The notes under the pieces are model-generated. The model did not search any database and was not told the DNA's origin. It saw nothing but the letters and a program-made list of their open reading frames with translations. This document shows, one piece after another, positions 11,065 through 22,552 of a stretch of 64,000 nt of DNA. Position numbers and translations under genes: made by a program. Source of the stretch: Balanoglossus misakiensis (Eukaryota; Animalia; Hemichordata); the NCBI GenBank assembly GCA_040954595.2, contig CM082592.2:806001-870000 (forward strand). Direction: 5' to 3'. Positions within the stretch are counted from its first letter, which is position 1; each line of letters opens with the position of its first letter.

Positions 11065-11227
11065 CTTTGAAATTGGAAAACAATTTCGATCGCATTGTGA
11101 CTGTTATCATGTTTACTGACACAATGAACATTAGTTTATTATCCTTGAACACTTTGGGTGACTTTAATCATATTTCATGTTATTTGATGTTTTTTTTTCT
11201 GATGATTTTCGAGACTTTCCTTTGCGC

Positions 11228-11236
11228 GGGGGAGAA
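11228..11236 (+). promoter_or_regulatory. Polypurine tract of family A
   Basis: GGGGGAGAA lies immediately before the 3' LTR. Confidence 0.85.
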
Positions 11237-11572
11237 TATGGAGAAGTGAGAGATTTACTCCAGAAGGATCACGTGACGGAAACTCTTACCCTATCAGAGT
11301 TGACTTTGTTTCCCGCCAAACTTTATACTTGTAGCAGATTTATTGTAATTTTTGAGTGTTTGCTCCGGCGTTCGTGGGACTTATATATAACCCAGTTTTG
11401 GCGCTTTCGGGCAGCTTTTTGTAAGGAGCTCTGTGGTGTTACTTTGTTGTTGGATTCAGATGGTAATAAACCAGTGTTTTCCCTAGAACTGAATCGTTCG
11501 CTTCTTTTCCGACGTCAGTATACTCGAACCCCCTCCCGGGAGTATTGATCACTGCCACGATACTTCCCCACA
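11237..11572 (+). repeat. 3' LTR of family A, which is also the 5' LTR of a tandem second copy
   Basis: 336-bp repeat of 5086-5421. It is preceded by the PPT and followed by a second PBS. Confidence 0.93.
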
Positions 11573-11782
11573 TTTTTGGTGCCGAGACCAGGATAACCGA
11601 GCAAGATGTCGGAACAAGAACACATCGCGCCACAAGATGGACAACAAGAGGATCAGCCAACAGCGTTGACAAAACTGAAGAGATCGCGTCGTGGTCAACG
11701 CGCACAAGTGACCCGACTGTTCAACAGGGCCGACACCCTCATGAACAATTCCGTAGACGTCGGTACAGACAAGCCGACTACA
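11573..11782 (+). pseudogene. Truncated second internal region (PBS plus the first ~59 gag codons) joined to satellite
   Basis: Repeats 5422-5631 with 4 substitutions, then switches to satellite AATGCTCTTCGTATG. Confidence 0.93.
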
Positions 11783-14700
11783 AAATGCTCTTCGTATGTA
11801 TATATCGATACAAATTCCACAAAAGACAGTCTAATATGGCTCACTGCAGACAAAATTTCGTTTTACCAAATTTTCCTTGAAAATGTCATTTTTAGAAATA
11901 AAAATAAAAAAACCTTTGTTCTTCGAATTTGGTGCCCTGATCATATATGACATGTTGATTGTATGTTAAAACTTTCGACAACTCCAAAAATGCAGAGATA
12001 TTGACGGAATTCAAGAAAAAATTGCCATTTTGGCCATATTTTGACAAAAATGGTAAATTTTTAAAAAATCATAAAAAATTAACTCTTTTCTTCAATTTCG
12101 GAAATATTATGGAGCATGAAGTGTCGTTCTCTGTAAAAAGTGCTGCAAATTCCAGAAAAGGCGGTATAATTTGAATCACCCAAGACAAAATTACCATTTT
12201 CGACTTTTTTTCGGAAAATTGTCTTTTTTACAAAATAAATAAGAATAAATTATTTTCTTAGTTTCAAACGGGTAGAGATACTTTCCACACGGGTTTTCTA
12301 ACATTGAATTCCCGTTCATCAACTCAGATTTCCTACAGCATAAGTCGGCTAAAACCCTGACACTCTAAAGCAGAAACAGTTGGATAAAGCCCCGGCACTC
12401 TAGAGCAGAAACACGCGTACAGAGAGCACGTTGATCAAGTCTGATCTCCTGCGGCCTGGCTCGACTAAAACCCCGGCACACCATGACAGACACTAGCGTT
12501 CGTTAGCAACGGTGATCAAGTCGGATTTCCTTCGGCCTGGCTCTGCATAAGACCCGACACTCTAGTACAAAGACGTTGGCTAAGTCGGGCAAACCGAAGA
12601 GGGAAAGTCACAGCGGGTCAACACTCGACATTTGTTCGGGTAGGACTGCATCATTGCCTGTCAATTTATAGAGAAAGCCCGAATTTAACCAGGGCGTTTC
12701 AAACACCGACGTTAGTTGGGGGCACGGCCTGCAGTACTGCCGGGTAAGCTGACATCGGCGTACCGCATATAATGTAGGGGGGGGGGGGGGGAACAGAACG
12801 GTTCAATACTACATTTATTAGATATAAGCTAATTTTGGACAATCATCTAAAATCTAAATCATTTTTTCATATTTGGATATCTGATGATGTATGAAATTTC
12901 CATTATATGTGAAAAAGGTGCTGATTATAAAAAATGCACTCTGATTTAATACAAAATTGCGTTTTATTCGTTTTTGCACCAAAAAGGTAATTTTTAGGCA
13001 AAACATTCTTTATTTTTTTAATTCGGTGACCTGATCATATATAAACAATTGCTTGTATGTTAAAAGTTTTTATGACTTTTAAAAGCAGTGACACTGGCGG
13101 CATTCAACACGAAAATAACAATTTTAGCCATAATTTGGTCAAAATGGTAAATTTTTGAAAATTACAAAAAATACCTGTTTTCTACATTTTCGGAAATCTG
13201 ATGGAGTATAGAATGCTCTTCGTATGTATATATCGATACAAATTCCACAAAAGACCGTCTAATTTGGCCTACTGCAGACAAAATTGCGTTTTACCAAATT
13301 TTCCTTGAAAATGTCATTTTTAGAAAAAAAAATAAAAAAACCTTTGTTCTTCGAATTTGGTGCCCTGATTATATATGACATGTTGATTGTATGTTAAAAC
13401 TTTCGACCACTCCAAAAATGCAGAGATATTGACGGAATTCAAGAAAAAATAGCCATTTTGGCCATATTTTTGACAAAAATGGTAAATTTTTAAAAAATCA
13501 TAAAAAATTAACTCTTTTCTTCATTTTCGGAAATATTATGGAGCATGAAGTGTCGTTCTCTTGTAAAAAGTGCTGCAAATTCCAGAAAAGGCGGTATAAT
13601 TTGAATCACCCAAGACAAAATTACCATTTTCGACTTTTTTTCGAAATATTGTCTTTTTTACAAAATAAATAAGAATAAATTCTTTTCTTAGTTTCAAACG
13701 GGTAGAGATACTTTCCACACGGGTTTTCTAACAATGAATTCCCGTTCATCAACTCAGATTTCCTACAGCATAAGTCGGCTAAACCCCTGACACTCTAGAG
13801 CAGAAACAGTTGCACACTGGTAACGTTGAACAAGTCGATTTTTCTACGGCCTGGCTCGGCTAAATCTCCGTCACAATATGACAGACACTAGCGTACGTTA
13901 GCAACGGTGATCAAGTCAGATTTTCTACGGCATGGCTTGGATAAAGCCCCGGCACTCTAGAGCAGAAACACGCGTACAGAGACCACGTTGATCAAGTCTG
14001 ATCTCCTACGGCTTGGCTCGACTAAAACCCCGGCACACTATGACAGACACTAGCGTTCGTTAGCAACGGTGATCAAGTCAGATTTCCTACGGCATGGCTT
14101 GGCTAAAGCCCTGGCACTCTAGAGCAGAAACACGCGTACAGAGACCACGTTGATCTACTCACATTTCCTTCGGCCTGGCACGGCTGATGCCCCGGCACTA
14201 TATATAGGACACAGACTGGCGTAAGTTAACAACGGTAATCACGTCGGGTTTCCTACGGCCTGGCTCAGCTGAAGCCCCGGCACTTTAGAGCGGAAACACG
14301 CGTACATTGACCACGATGATCAAGTCAGATCTCCTACGGCCTTGCTCGACTAAAACCCCGGCACACCATGACAGACACTAGCGTTCGTTAGCAACGGTGA
14401 TCAAGTCGGATTTCCTTCGGCCTGGCTCTGCAAAAGACCCGACACTCTAGTACAAAGACGTTGGCTAAGTCGGGCAAACCGAAGAGGGAAAGTTACAGCG
14501 GGTCAACACTCGACATTTGTTCGGGTAGGACTGCATTATTGCCTGTCAATTTATAGAGGAAGCCCGAATTTAACCAGGGCGTTTCAAACACCGACGTTAG
14601 TTGGGGGCACGGCCTGCAGTACTGCCGGGTAAGCTGACATCGGCGTACCGCATATAATGTAAGGGGGGGGGGGGGGGGGAACGGAACGGTTCAATACTAC

Positions 14701-15809
14701 ATTTATTAGATATCAGCTAATTTTATACAATCATCTAAAATCTAAATCATTTTTTCATATTTGGATATCTGATGATGTAGGAAATTTCCATTATATGTAA
14801 AAATGGTGCTGATTATAAAAAATGCACTCTGAATGAGCTGATTTAATACAAAATTGCGTTTTATTCGTTTTTGCACCAAAAAGGTAATTTTTAGGCAAAA
14901 CATTCTTTATTTTTTTAATTCGGTGACCTGATCATATATAAACAATTGCTTGTATGTTAAAAGTTTTTATGACTTTTAAAAGCAGTGACACTGGCGGCAT
15001 TCAACACGAAAATAACAATTTTAGCCACAATTTGGTCAAAATGGTAAATTTTTGAAAATTATAAAAAATACCTGTTTTCTACATTTTCGGAAATCTGATG
15101 GAGTATAGAATGCTCTTCGTATGTATATATCGATACAAATTCCACAAAAGACCGTCTAATTTGGCTCACTGCAGACAAAATTGCGTTTTACCAAATTTTC
15201 CTTGAAAATGTCATTTTTAGAAAAAAAAATAAAAAAACCTTTGTTCTTCGAATTTGGTGCCGTGATCATATATGACATGTTGATTGTATGTTAAAACTTT
15301 CGACCACTCCAAAACTGCAGAGATATTGACGGAATTCAAGAAAAAATAGCCATTTTGGCCATATTTTGACAAAAATGGTAAATTTTTAAAAAATCATAAA
15401 AAATTAACTCTTTTCTTCATTTTCGGAAATATTATGGAGCATGAAGTGTCGTTCTCTTGTAAAAAGTGCTGCAAATTCCAGAAAAGGCGGTATAATTTCA
15501 ATCACCCAAGACAAAATTACCATTTTCGACTTTTTTTCGAAAAATTTTCTTTTTTACAAAATAAATAAGAATACATTCTTTTCTTAGTTTCAAACGGGTA
15601 GAGATACTTTCCACACGGGTTTTCTAACATTGAATTCCCGTTCATCAACTCAGATTTCCTACAGCATAAGTCGGCTAAAACCCTGACACTCTAAAGCAGA
15701 AACAGTTGCACACTGGTAACGGTGAACATGTCGATTTTTCTACGGCCTGGCTCGGCTTAATCTCCGTCACAATATGACAGACACTAGCGTACGTTAGCAA
15801 CGGTGATCA
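11783..15809 (+). repeat. Satellite block 2 (+), two units with contracted GC domains
   Basis: Poly-G at ~12777 and ~14663. Deletions at ~12381, ~12450 and ~14280. Confidence 0.95.
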
Positions 15810-18097
15810 GCCGTGCCAGGCCGAAGGAAATGTGAGTAGATCAACGTGGTCTCTGTACGCGTGTTTCTGCTCTATAGTGCCAGGGCTTTAGCCAAGCCAT
15901 GCCGTAGGAAATCTGACTTGATCAACGTTGCTTACAAACGCTAGTGTCTGTCATAGTGTGCCGGGGTTTTAGTCGAGCCAAGCCGTAGGAGATCACACTT
16001 GATCAACGTGCTCTCTGTACGCGTGTTTCTGCTCTAGAGTGCCGGGGCTTTATCCAAGCCATGCCGTAGAAAATCTGACTTGATCACCGTTGCTAACGTA
16101 CGCTAGTGTCTGTCATATTGTGACGGAGATTTAGCCGAGCCAGGCCGTAGAAAAATCGACTTGTTCAACGTTACCAGTGTGCAACTGTTTCTGCTCTAGA
16201 GTGTCAGGGTTTTAGCCGACTTATGCTGTAGGAAATCTGAGTTGATGAACGGGAATTCAATGTTAGAAAACCCGTGTGGAAAGTATCTCTACCCGTTTGA
16301 AACTAAGAAAAGAATTTATTCTTATTTATTTCGTAAACAAGACAATTTTTCGAAAAAAAGTCGAAGATGGTAATTTTGTCTTCGATGATTCAAATTATAC
16401 CGCCTTTTCTGGAATTTACAGCACTTTTTACAAGAGAAGGACACTTCATGCTCCATAATATTTCCGAAAATGAAGAAAAGAGTTAATTTTTTATGATTTT
16501 TTAAAAATTTACCATTTTTGTCAAAAATATGGCCAAAATGGCTATTTTTTCTTGAATTCCGTCAATATCTCTGCATTTTTGGAGTGGTCGAAAGTTTTAA
16601 CATACAATCAACATGTCATATATGATCAGGGCACCAAATTCGAAGAACAAAGGTTTTTTTATTTTTTTTTCTAAAAATGACATTTTCAAGGAAAATTTGG
16701 TAAAACGCAATTTTGTCTGCAGTAGGCCAAATTAGACGGTCTTTTGTGGAATTTGTATCGATATATACATACGAAGAGCATTCTATACTCCATCAGATTT
16801 CCGAAAATGTAGAAAACAGGTATTTTTTGTAATTTTCAAAAATTTACCATTTTGACCAAATTGTGGCTAAAATTGTTATTTTCGTGTTGAATGCCGCCAG
16901 TGTCACTGCTTTTAAAAGTCATAAAAACTTTTAACATACAAGCAATTGTTTATATATGATCAGGTCACCGAATTAAAAAAATAAAGAATGTTTTGCCTAA
17001 AAATTACCTTTTTGGTGCAAAAACGAATAAAACGCAATTTTGTATTAAATCAGAGTGCATTTTTTATAATCAGCACCATTTTCACATATAATGGAAATTT
17101 CATACATCATCAGATATCCAAATATGAAAAAATGATTTAGATTTTAGATGATTGTCCAAAATTAGCTTATATCTAATAAATGTAGTATTGAACCGTTCTG
17201 TACCCCCCCCCCCCCTACATTATATGCGGTACGCCGATGTCAGCTTACCCGGCAGTACTGCAGGCCGCGCCCCCAACTAACGTCGGTGTTTGAAACGCCC
17301 TGGTTAAATTCGGGCTTTCTCTATAAATTGACAGGCAATAATGCAGTCCTACCCGAACAAATGTCGAGTGTTGACCCGCTGTGACTTTCCCTCTTCGGTT
17401 TGCCCGACTTAGCCAACGTCTTTGTACTAGAGTGTCGGGTCTTATGCAGAGCCAGGCCGAAGGAAATCCGACTTGATCACCGTTGCTAACGAACGCTAGT
17501 GTCTGTCATGGTGTGCCGGGGTTTTAGTCGAGCCAGGCCGCAGGAGATCTGACTTGATCATCGTGGTCAATGTACGCGTGATTCCGCTCTAAAGTGCCGG
17601 GGCTTCAGCTAAACCAGGCCGTAGGAAATCCAACGTAATCACCGTTGATAACTTACGCCAGTCTGTGTCATATAGAGCCGCTGCACCAGCCGAATCACGC
17701 CGTAGGAAATCTGACTTGATCAACGTGGTCAATGTACGCCTGTTTCTGCTCTAGAGTGCCGGGGCTTCAGCTGAGCAAGGCCGTAGGAAACCCGACGTGA
17801 TTACCGTTGTTAACTTACGCCAGTCTGTGTCCTATATATAGTGCCGGGGCATCAGCCGTGCCAGGCCGAAGGAAATGTGAGTAGATCAACGTGGTCTCTG
17901 TACGCGTGTTTCTGCTCTAGAGTGCCAGGGCTTTAGCCAAGCCATGCCGTAGGAAATCTGACTTGATCAACGTTGCTAACGAACGCTAGTGTCTGTCATA
18001 GTGTGCCTGGGTTTTAGTCGAGCCAAGCCGTAGGAGATCAGACTTGATCAACGTGCTCTCTGTACGCGTGTTTCTGCTCTAGAGTGCCGGGGCTTTA
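15806..18097 (-). repeat. Satellite block 3 (inverted)
   Basis: Poly-C at ~17203. Junction microhomologies ATCA (15806-15809) and TTTA (18094-18097). Confidence 0.95.
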
Positions 18098-18699
18098 ACC
18101 AGGGCGTTTCAAACACCGACGTTAGTTGGGGGCACGGCCTGCAGTACTGCCGGGTAAGCTGACATCGGCGTACCGCATATAATGTAGGGGGGGGGGAACA
18201 GAACGGTTCAATACTACATTTATTAAATATCAGCTAATTTTGGACAATCATCTAAAATCTAAATCATTTTTTCATATTTGGATATCTGATGATGTATGAA
18301 ATTTCCATTATATGTAAAAATGGTGCTGATTATAAAAAATGCACTCTGAATGAGCTGATTTAATACAAAATTGCGTTTTATTCGTTTTTGCACCAAAAAG
18401 GTCATTTTTAGGCAAAACATTCTTTATTTTTTAATTCGGTGACCTGATCATATATAAACAATTGCTTGTATGTTGAAAGTTTTCATGACTTTTAAAAGCA
18501 GTGACACTGGCGGCATTCAACACGAAAATAACAGTTTTAGCCACAATTTGGTCAAAATGGTAAATTTTTGAAAATTACAAAAAATACATGTTTTCTACAT
18601 TTTCGGAAATCTGATGGAGTATAGAATGCTCTTCGTATGTATATATCGATACAAATTCCACAAAAGACCGTCTAATTTGGCTCACTTCAGACAAAATTG
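18094..18699 (+). repeat. Satellite block 4 (+), partial unit
   Basis: Poly-G at ~18187, then AT domain up to GACAAAATTG. Confidence 0.95.
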
Positions 18700-19472
18700 A
18701 CCGAAGTTGAGGCCGTAATAAACGACCGACCGATCACATATGTTTCTTCGGATGCTGAAGACGCCGTGCCGTTGACGCCCGCTCATTTATTACACGGACG
18801 CCCCTTGACAACGGTACCTTATCTCACCGTCAAAGACGATGAACTCACCGACCCGACCTACGGTAACCATAGCGATCTAAACAAGCGCTACACTTTGATG
18901 ACTACGCTCCAGACGCGATTTTGGCGACGATGGGTATCGGAATATTTGCCCGCGCTACGTGAAAACCACTCGCCAATAGGGAGTCCCGGCAACAAGATAC
19001 AGGTTGGGGACGTGGTCCTTGTACATGAAGACGTCAAACGACGCCTGGAATGGACTTTGGCTACGGTGGAACGATTGAACTACGGACGTGACAACCTAGT
19101 CCGATCAGCGGAAATCAGAACGGCCAAGGGACACACCACAAGGCCAGTGAGCAAACTCTTCCCGCTGGAAGTGAACTCGCGCTCCGTATCGACATGAAGT
19201 GGACATTGACATTGTCTGTGTTTCAATGACAATCGAACAATGGACAATCTGATTTTTCTAGTTTGCATGTATTTCAGAATTTTCTAGTTTATTCTTGATT
19301 TCTTGTTCATTTTTGCGGCCCGGGAGAATATCGGAGATGCTAAAAACTCTGACCATGAGTCATTTTGAGGATCACAGCTCGGATACTTTGAGCCAATCAG
19401 AGCTGAGTATTTTAGCCCAATCAGAGGCCTAGTTAATCACCCAATGACATGTCTTTCCCGCCAAAACAAAAT
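18698..19472 (+). mobile_element. BEL/Pao family B 3' fragment, copy 1 (integrase C-terminus to 19197, 3' UTR, PPT, partial LTR 19329-19472)
   Basis: EAVINDRPITY, LTPAHLLHGR, FWRRWVSEYL and RPVSKLFPLE align with the family A integrase. PPT GGGAGAA is followed by TATCGGAGATG. Confidence 0.93.
19393..19465 (+). promoter_or_regulatory. Family B LTR U3: three CCAAT boxes at 24-bp spacing plus E2F-type TTTCCCGCCAAA
   Basis: CCAAT at 19393, 19417 and 19441. TTTCCCGCCAAA at 19454-19465. TGAGTCA lies upstream. Confidence 0.55.
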
Positions 19473-22400
19473 CCAAGCCGTAGGAGATCAGACTTGATCA
19501 ACGTGGTCTCTGTACGCGTGTTTCTGCTCTAGAGTGCCGGGGCTTTATCCAAGCCATGCCGTAGAAAATCTGACTTGATCACCGTTGCTAACGTAAGCTA
19601 GTGTCTGTCATATTGTGACGAAGATTTGGCCGAGCCAGGCCGCAGAAAAATCGACTTGTTCAACGTTACCAGTGTGCAACTGTTTCTGCTCTAGAGTGTC
19701 AGGGTTTTAGCCGACTTATGCTGTAGGAAATCTGAGTTGATGAACGGGAATTCAATGTTAGAAAACCCGTGTGGAAAGTATCTCTACCCGTTTGAAACTA
19801 AGAAAATAATTTATTCTTATTTATTTTGTAAAAAAGACAATTTTTCGAAAAAAAGTCGAAAATGGTAATTTTGTCTTGGGTGATTCAAATTATACCGCCT
19901 TTTCTGGAATTTGCAGCACTTTTTACAAGAGAACGACAATTCATGCTCCATAATATTTCCGAAAATGAAGAAAAGAGTTAATTGTTTAAGATTTTTCTAA
20001 AATTTACCATTTTTGTCAAAATATGGCCAAAATGGCTATTTTTTCTTGAATTCCGTCAATATCTCTGCATTTTTGGAGTGATCGAAAGTTTTAACATACA
20101 ATCAACATGTCATATATGATCAGGGCACCAAATTCGAAGAACAAAGGTTTTTTTATTTTTTTTCTAAAAATGACATTTTCCAGGAAAATTTAGTAAAACG
20201 CAATTTTGTCTGCAGTGAGCCAAATTAGACGGTCTTTTGTGGAATTTGTATCGATATATACATACGAAGAGCATTCTATACTCCATCAGATTTCCGAAAA
20301 TGTAGAAAACAGGTATTTTTTGTAATTTTCAAAAATGTACCATTTTGACCAAATTGTGGCTAAAATTGTTATTTTCGTGTTGAATGCCGCCAGTTTCACT
20401 GCTTTTAAAAGTCATAAAAACTTTTAACATACAAGCAATTGTTTATATATGATCAGGTCATCGAATTAAAAAAATAAAGAATGTTTGCCTAAAAATGACC
20501 TTTTTGGTGCAAAAACGAATAAAACAGAATTTTGTATTAAATCAGCTCATTCAGAGTGCATTTTTATAATCAGCACCATTTTTACATATAATGGAAATTT
20601 TATACATCATCAGATATCCAAATATGAAAAAATTATTTAGATTTTAGATGATTGTCCAAAATTAGCTGATATCTAATAAATGTAGTATTGAACCGTTCTG
20701 TTCCCCCCCCCCCTACATTATATGCGGTACGCCGATGTCAGCATACCCGGCAGTACTGCAGGCCGTGCCCCCAACTAACGTCGGTGTTTGAAACGCCCTG
20801 GTTAAATTCGAGCTTTCTCTATAAATTGACAGGTAATAATGCAGTCCTACCCGAACAAATGTCGAGTGTTGACCCGCTGTGACTTTCCCTCTTCGGTTTG
20901 CCCGACTTAGCCAACGTCTTTGTACTAGAGTGTCGGGTCTTTTGCAGAGCCAGGCCGAAGGAAATCCGACTTGATCACCGTTGCTAACGAACGCTAGTGT
21001 CTGTCATGGTGTGCCGGGGTTTTAGTCGAGCCAGGCCGTAGGAGATCTGACTTGATCATCGTGGTCAATGTACGCGTGTTTCCGCTCTAAAGTGCCGGGG
21101 CTTCAGCTAAACCAGGCCGTAGGAAATCCGACGTAATCACCGTTGATAACTTACGCCAGTCTGTGTCATATAGAGCCGGTGCACCAGCCGAGTCACGCCG
21201 TAGGAAATCTGACTTGATCAACGTGATCAATGTACGCCTGTTTCTGCTCTAGAGTGCCGGGGCTTCAGCTGAGCCAGGCCGTAGGAAACCCGACGTGATT
21301 ACCGTTGTTAACTTACGCCTGTCTGTGTCCTATATATAGTGCCGGGGCATCAGCCGTGCCAGGCCGAAGGAAATGTGAGTAGATCAACATGGTCTCTGTA
21401 CGCGTGTTTCTGCTCTATAGTGCCAGGGCTTTAGCCAAGCCATGCCGTAGGAAATCTGACTTGATCAACGTTGCTTACAAACGCTAGTGTCTGTCATAGT
21501 GTGCCGGGGTTTTAGTCGAGCCAAGCCGTAGGAGGTCAGACTTGATCAACGTGCTCTCTGTACGCGTGTTTCTGCTCTAGAGTGCCGGGGCTTTATCCAA
21601 GCCATGCCGTAGAAAATCTGACTTGATCACCGTTGCTAACGTACGCTAGTGTCTGTCATATTGTGACGGAGATTTAGCCGAGCCAGGCCGTAGAAAAATC
21701 GACTTGTTCAACGTTACCAGTGTGCAACTGTTTCTGCTCTAGAGTGTCAGGGTTTTAGCCGACTTATGCTGTAGGAAATCTGAGTTGATGAACGGGAATT
21801 CAATGTTAGAAAACCCGTGTGGAAAGTATCTCTACCCGTTTGAAACTAAGAAAAGAATTTATTCTTATTTATTTTGTAAAAAAGACAATTTTTCGAAAAA
21901 AACTCGAAAATGGTAATTTTGTCTTGGGTGATTCAAATTATACCGCCTTTTCTGGAATTTGCAGCACTTTTTACAAGAGAACGACACTTCATGCTCCATA
22001 ATATTTCCGAAAATGAAGAAAAGAGTTAATTTTTTATGATTTTTTAAAAATTTACCATTTTTGTCAAAATATGGCCAAAATGGCCATTTTTCTTGAATTC
22101 CGTCAATATCTCTTCATTTTTGGAGTGGTCGAAAGTTTTAACATACAATCAACATGTCATATATGATCAGGGCACCAAATTCGAAGAACAAAGGTTTTTT
22201 TATTTTTTTTTCTAAAAATGACATTTTCAAGGAAAATTTGGTAAAACGCAATTTTGTCTGCAGTGAGCCAAATTAGACGGTCTTTTGTGGAATTTGTATC
22301 GATATACATACGAAGAGCATTCTATACTCCATCAGATTTCCGAAAATGTAGAAAACAGGTATTTTTTGTAATTTTCAAAAATTTACCATTTTGACCAAAT

Positions 22401-22552
22401 TGTGGCTAAAATTGTTATTTTCGTGTTGAATGCCGCCAGTGTCACTGCTTTTAAAAGTCATAAAAACTTTTAACATACAAGCAATTGTTTATATATGATC
22501 AGGTCACCGAATTAAAAAAATAAAGAATGTTTTGCCTAAAAATTACCTTTTT
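19473..22552 (-). repeat. Satellite block 5 (inverted)
   Basis: Poly-C at ~20703. Ends at a TTTTT microhomology (22548-22552). Confidence 0.95.

Larger units (their letters stand above)
5086..11572 (+). mobile_element. BEL/Pao LTR retrotransposon, family A, near full length (~6.5 kb)
   Basis: Two 336-bp LTRs, a PBS, a PPT and one gag-pol reading frame. The domain order gag-ZnK-PR-RT-RNaseH-IN is typical of BEL/Pao. Confidence 0.97.

Noticed and set aside
5005-11880. Overlapping and antisense ORFs in the LTRs and gag-pol, or an env gene
   Set aside because: They are shadow frames with no motifs. Only ~170 bp separates the integrase stop from the LTR, leaving no room for env.
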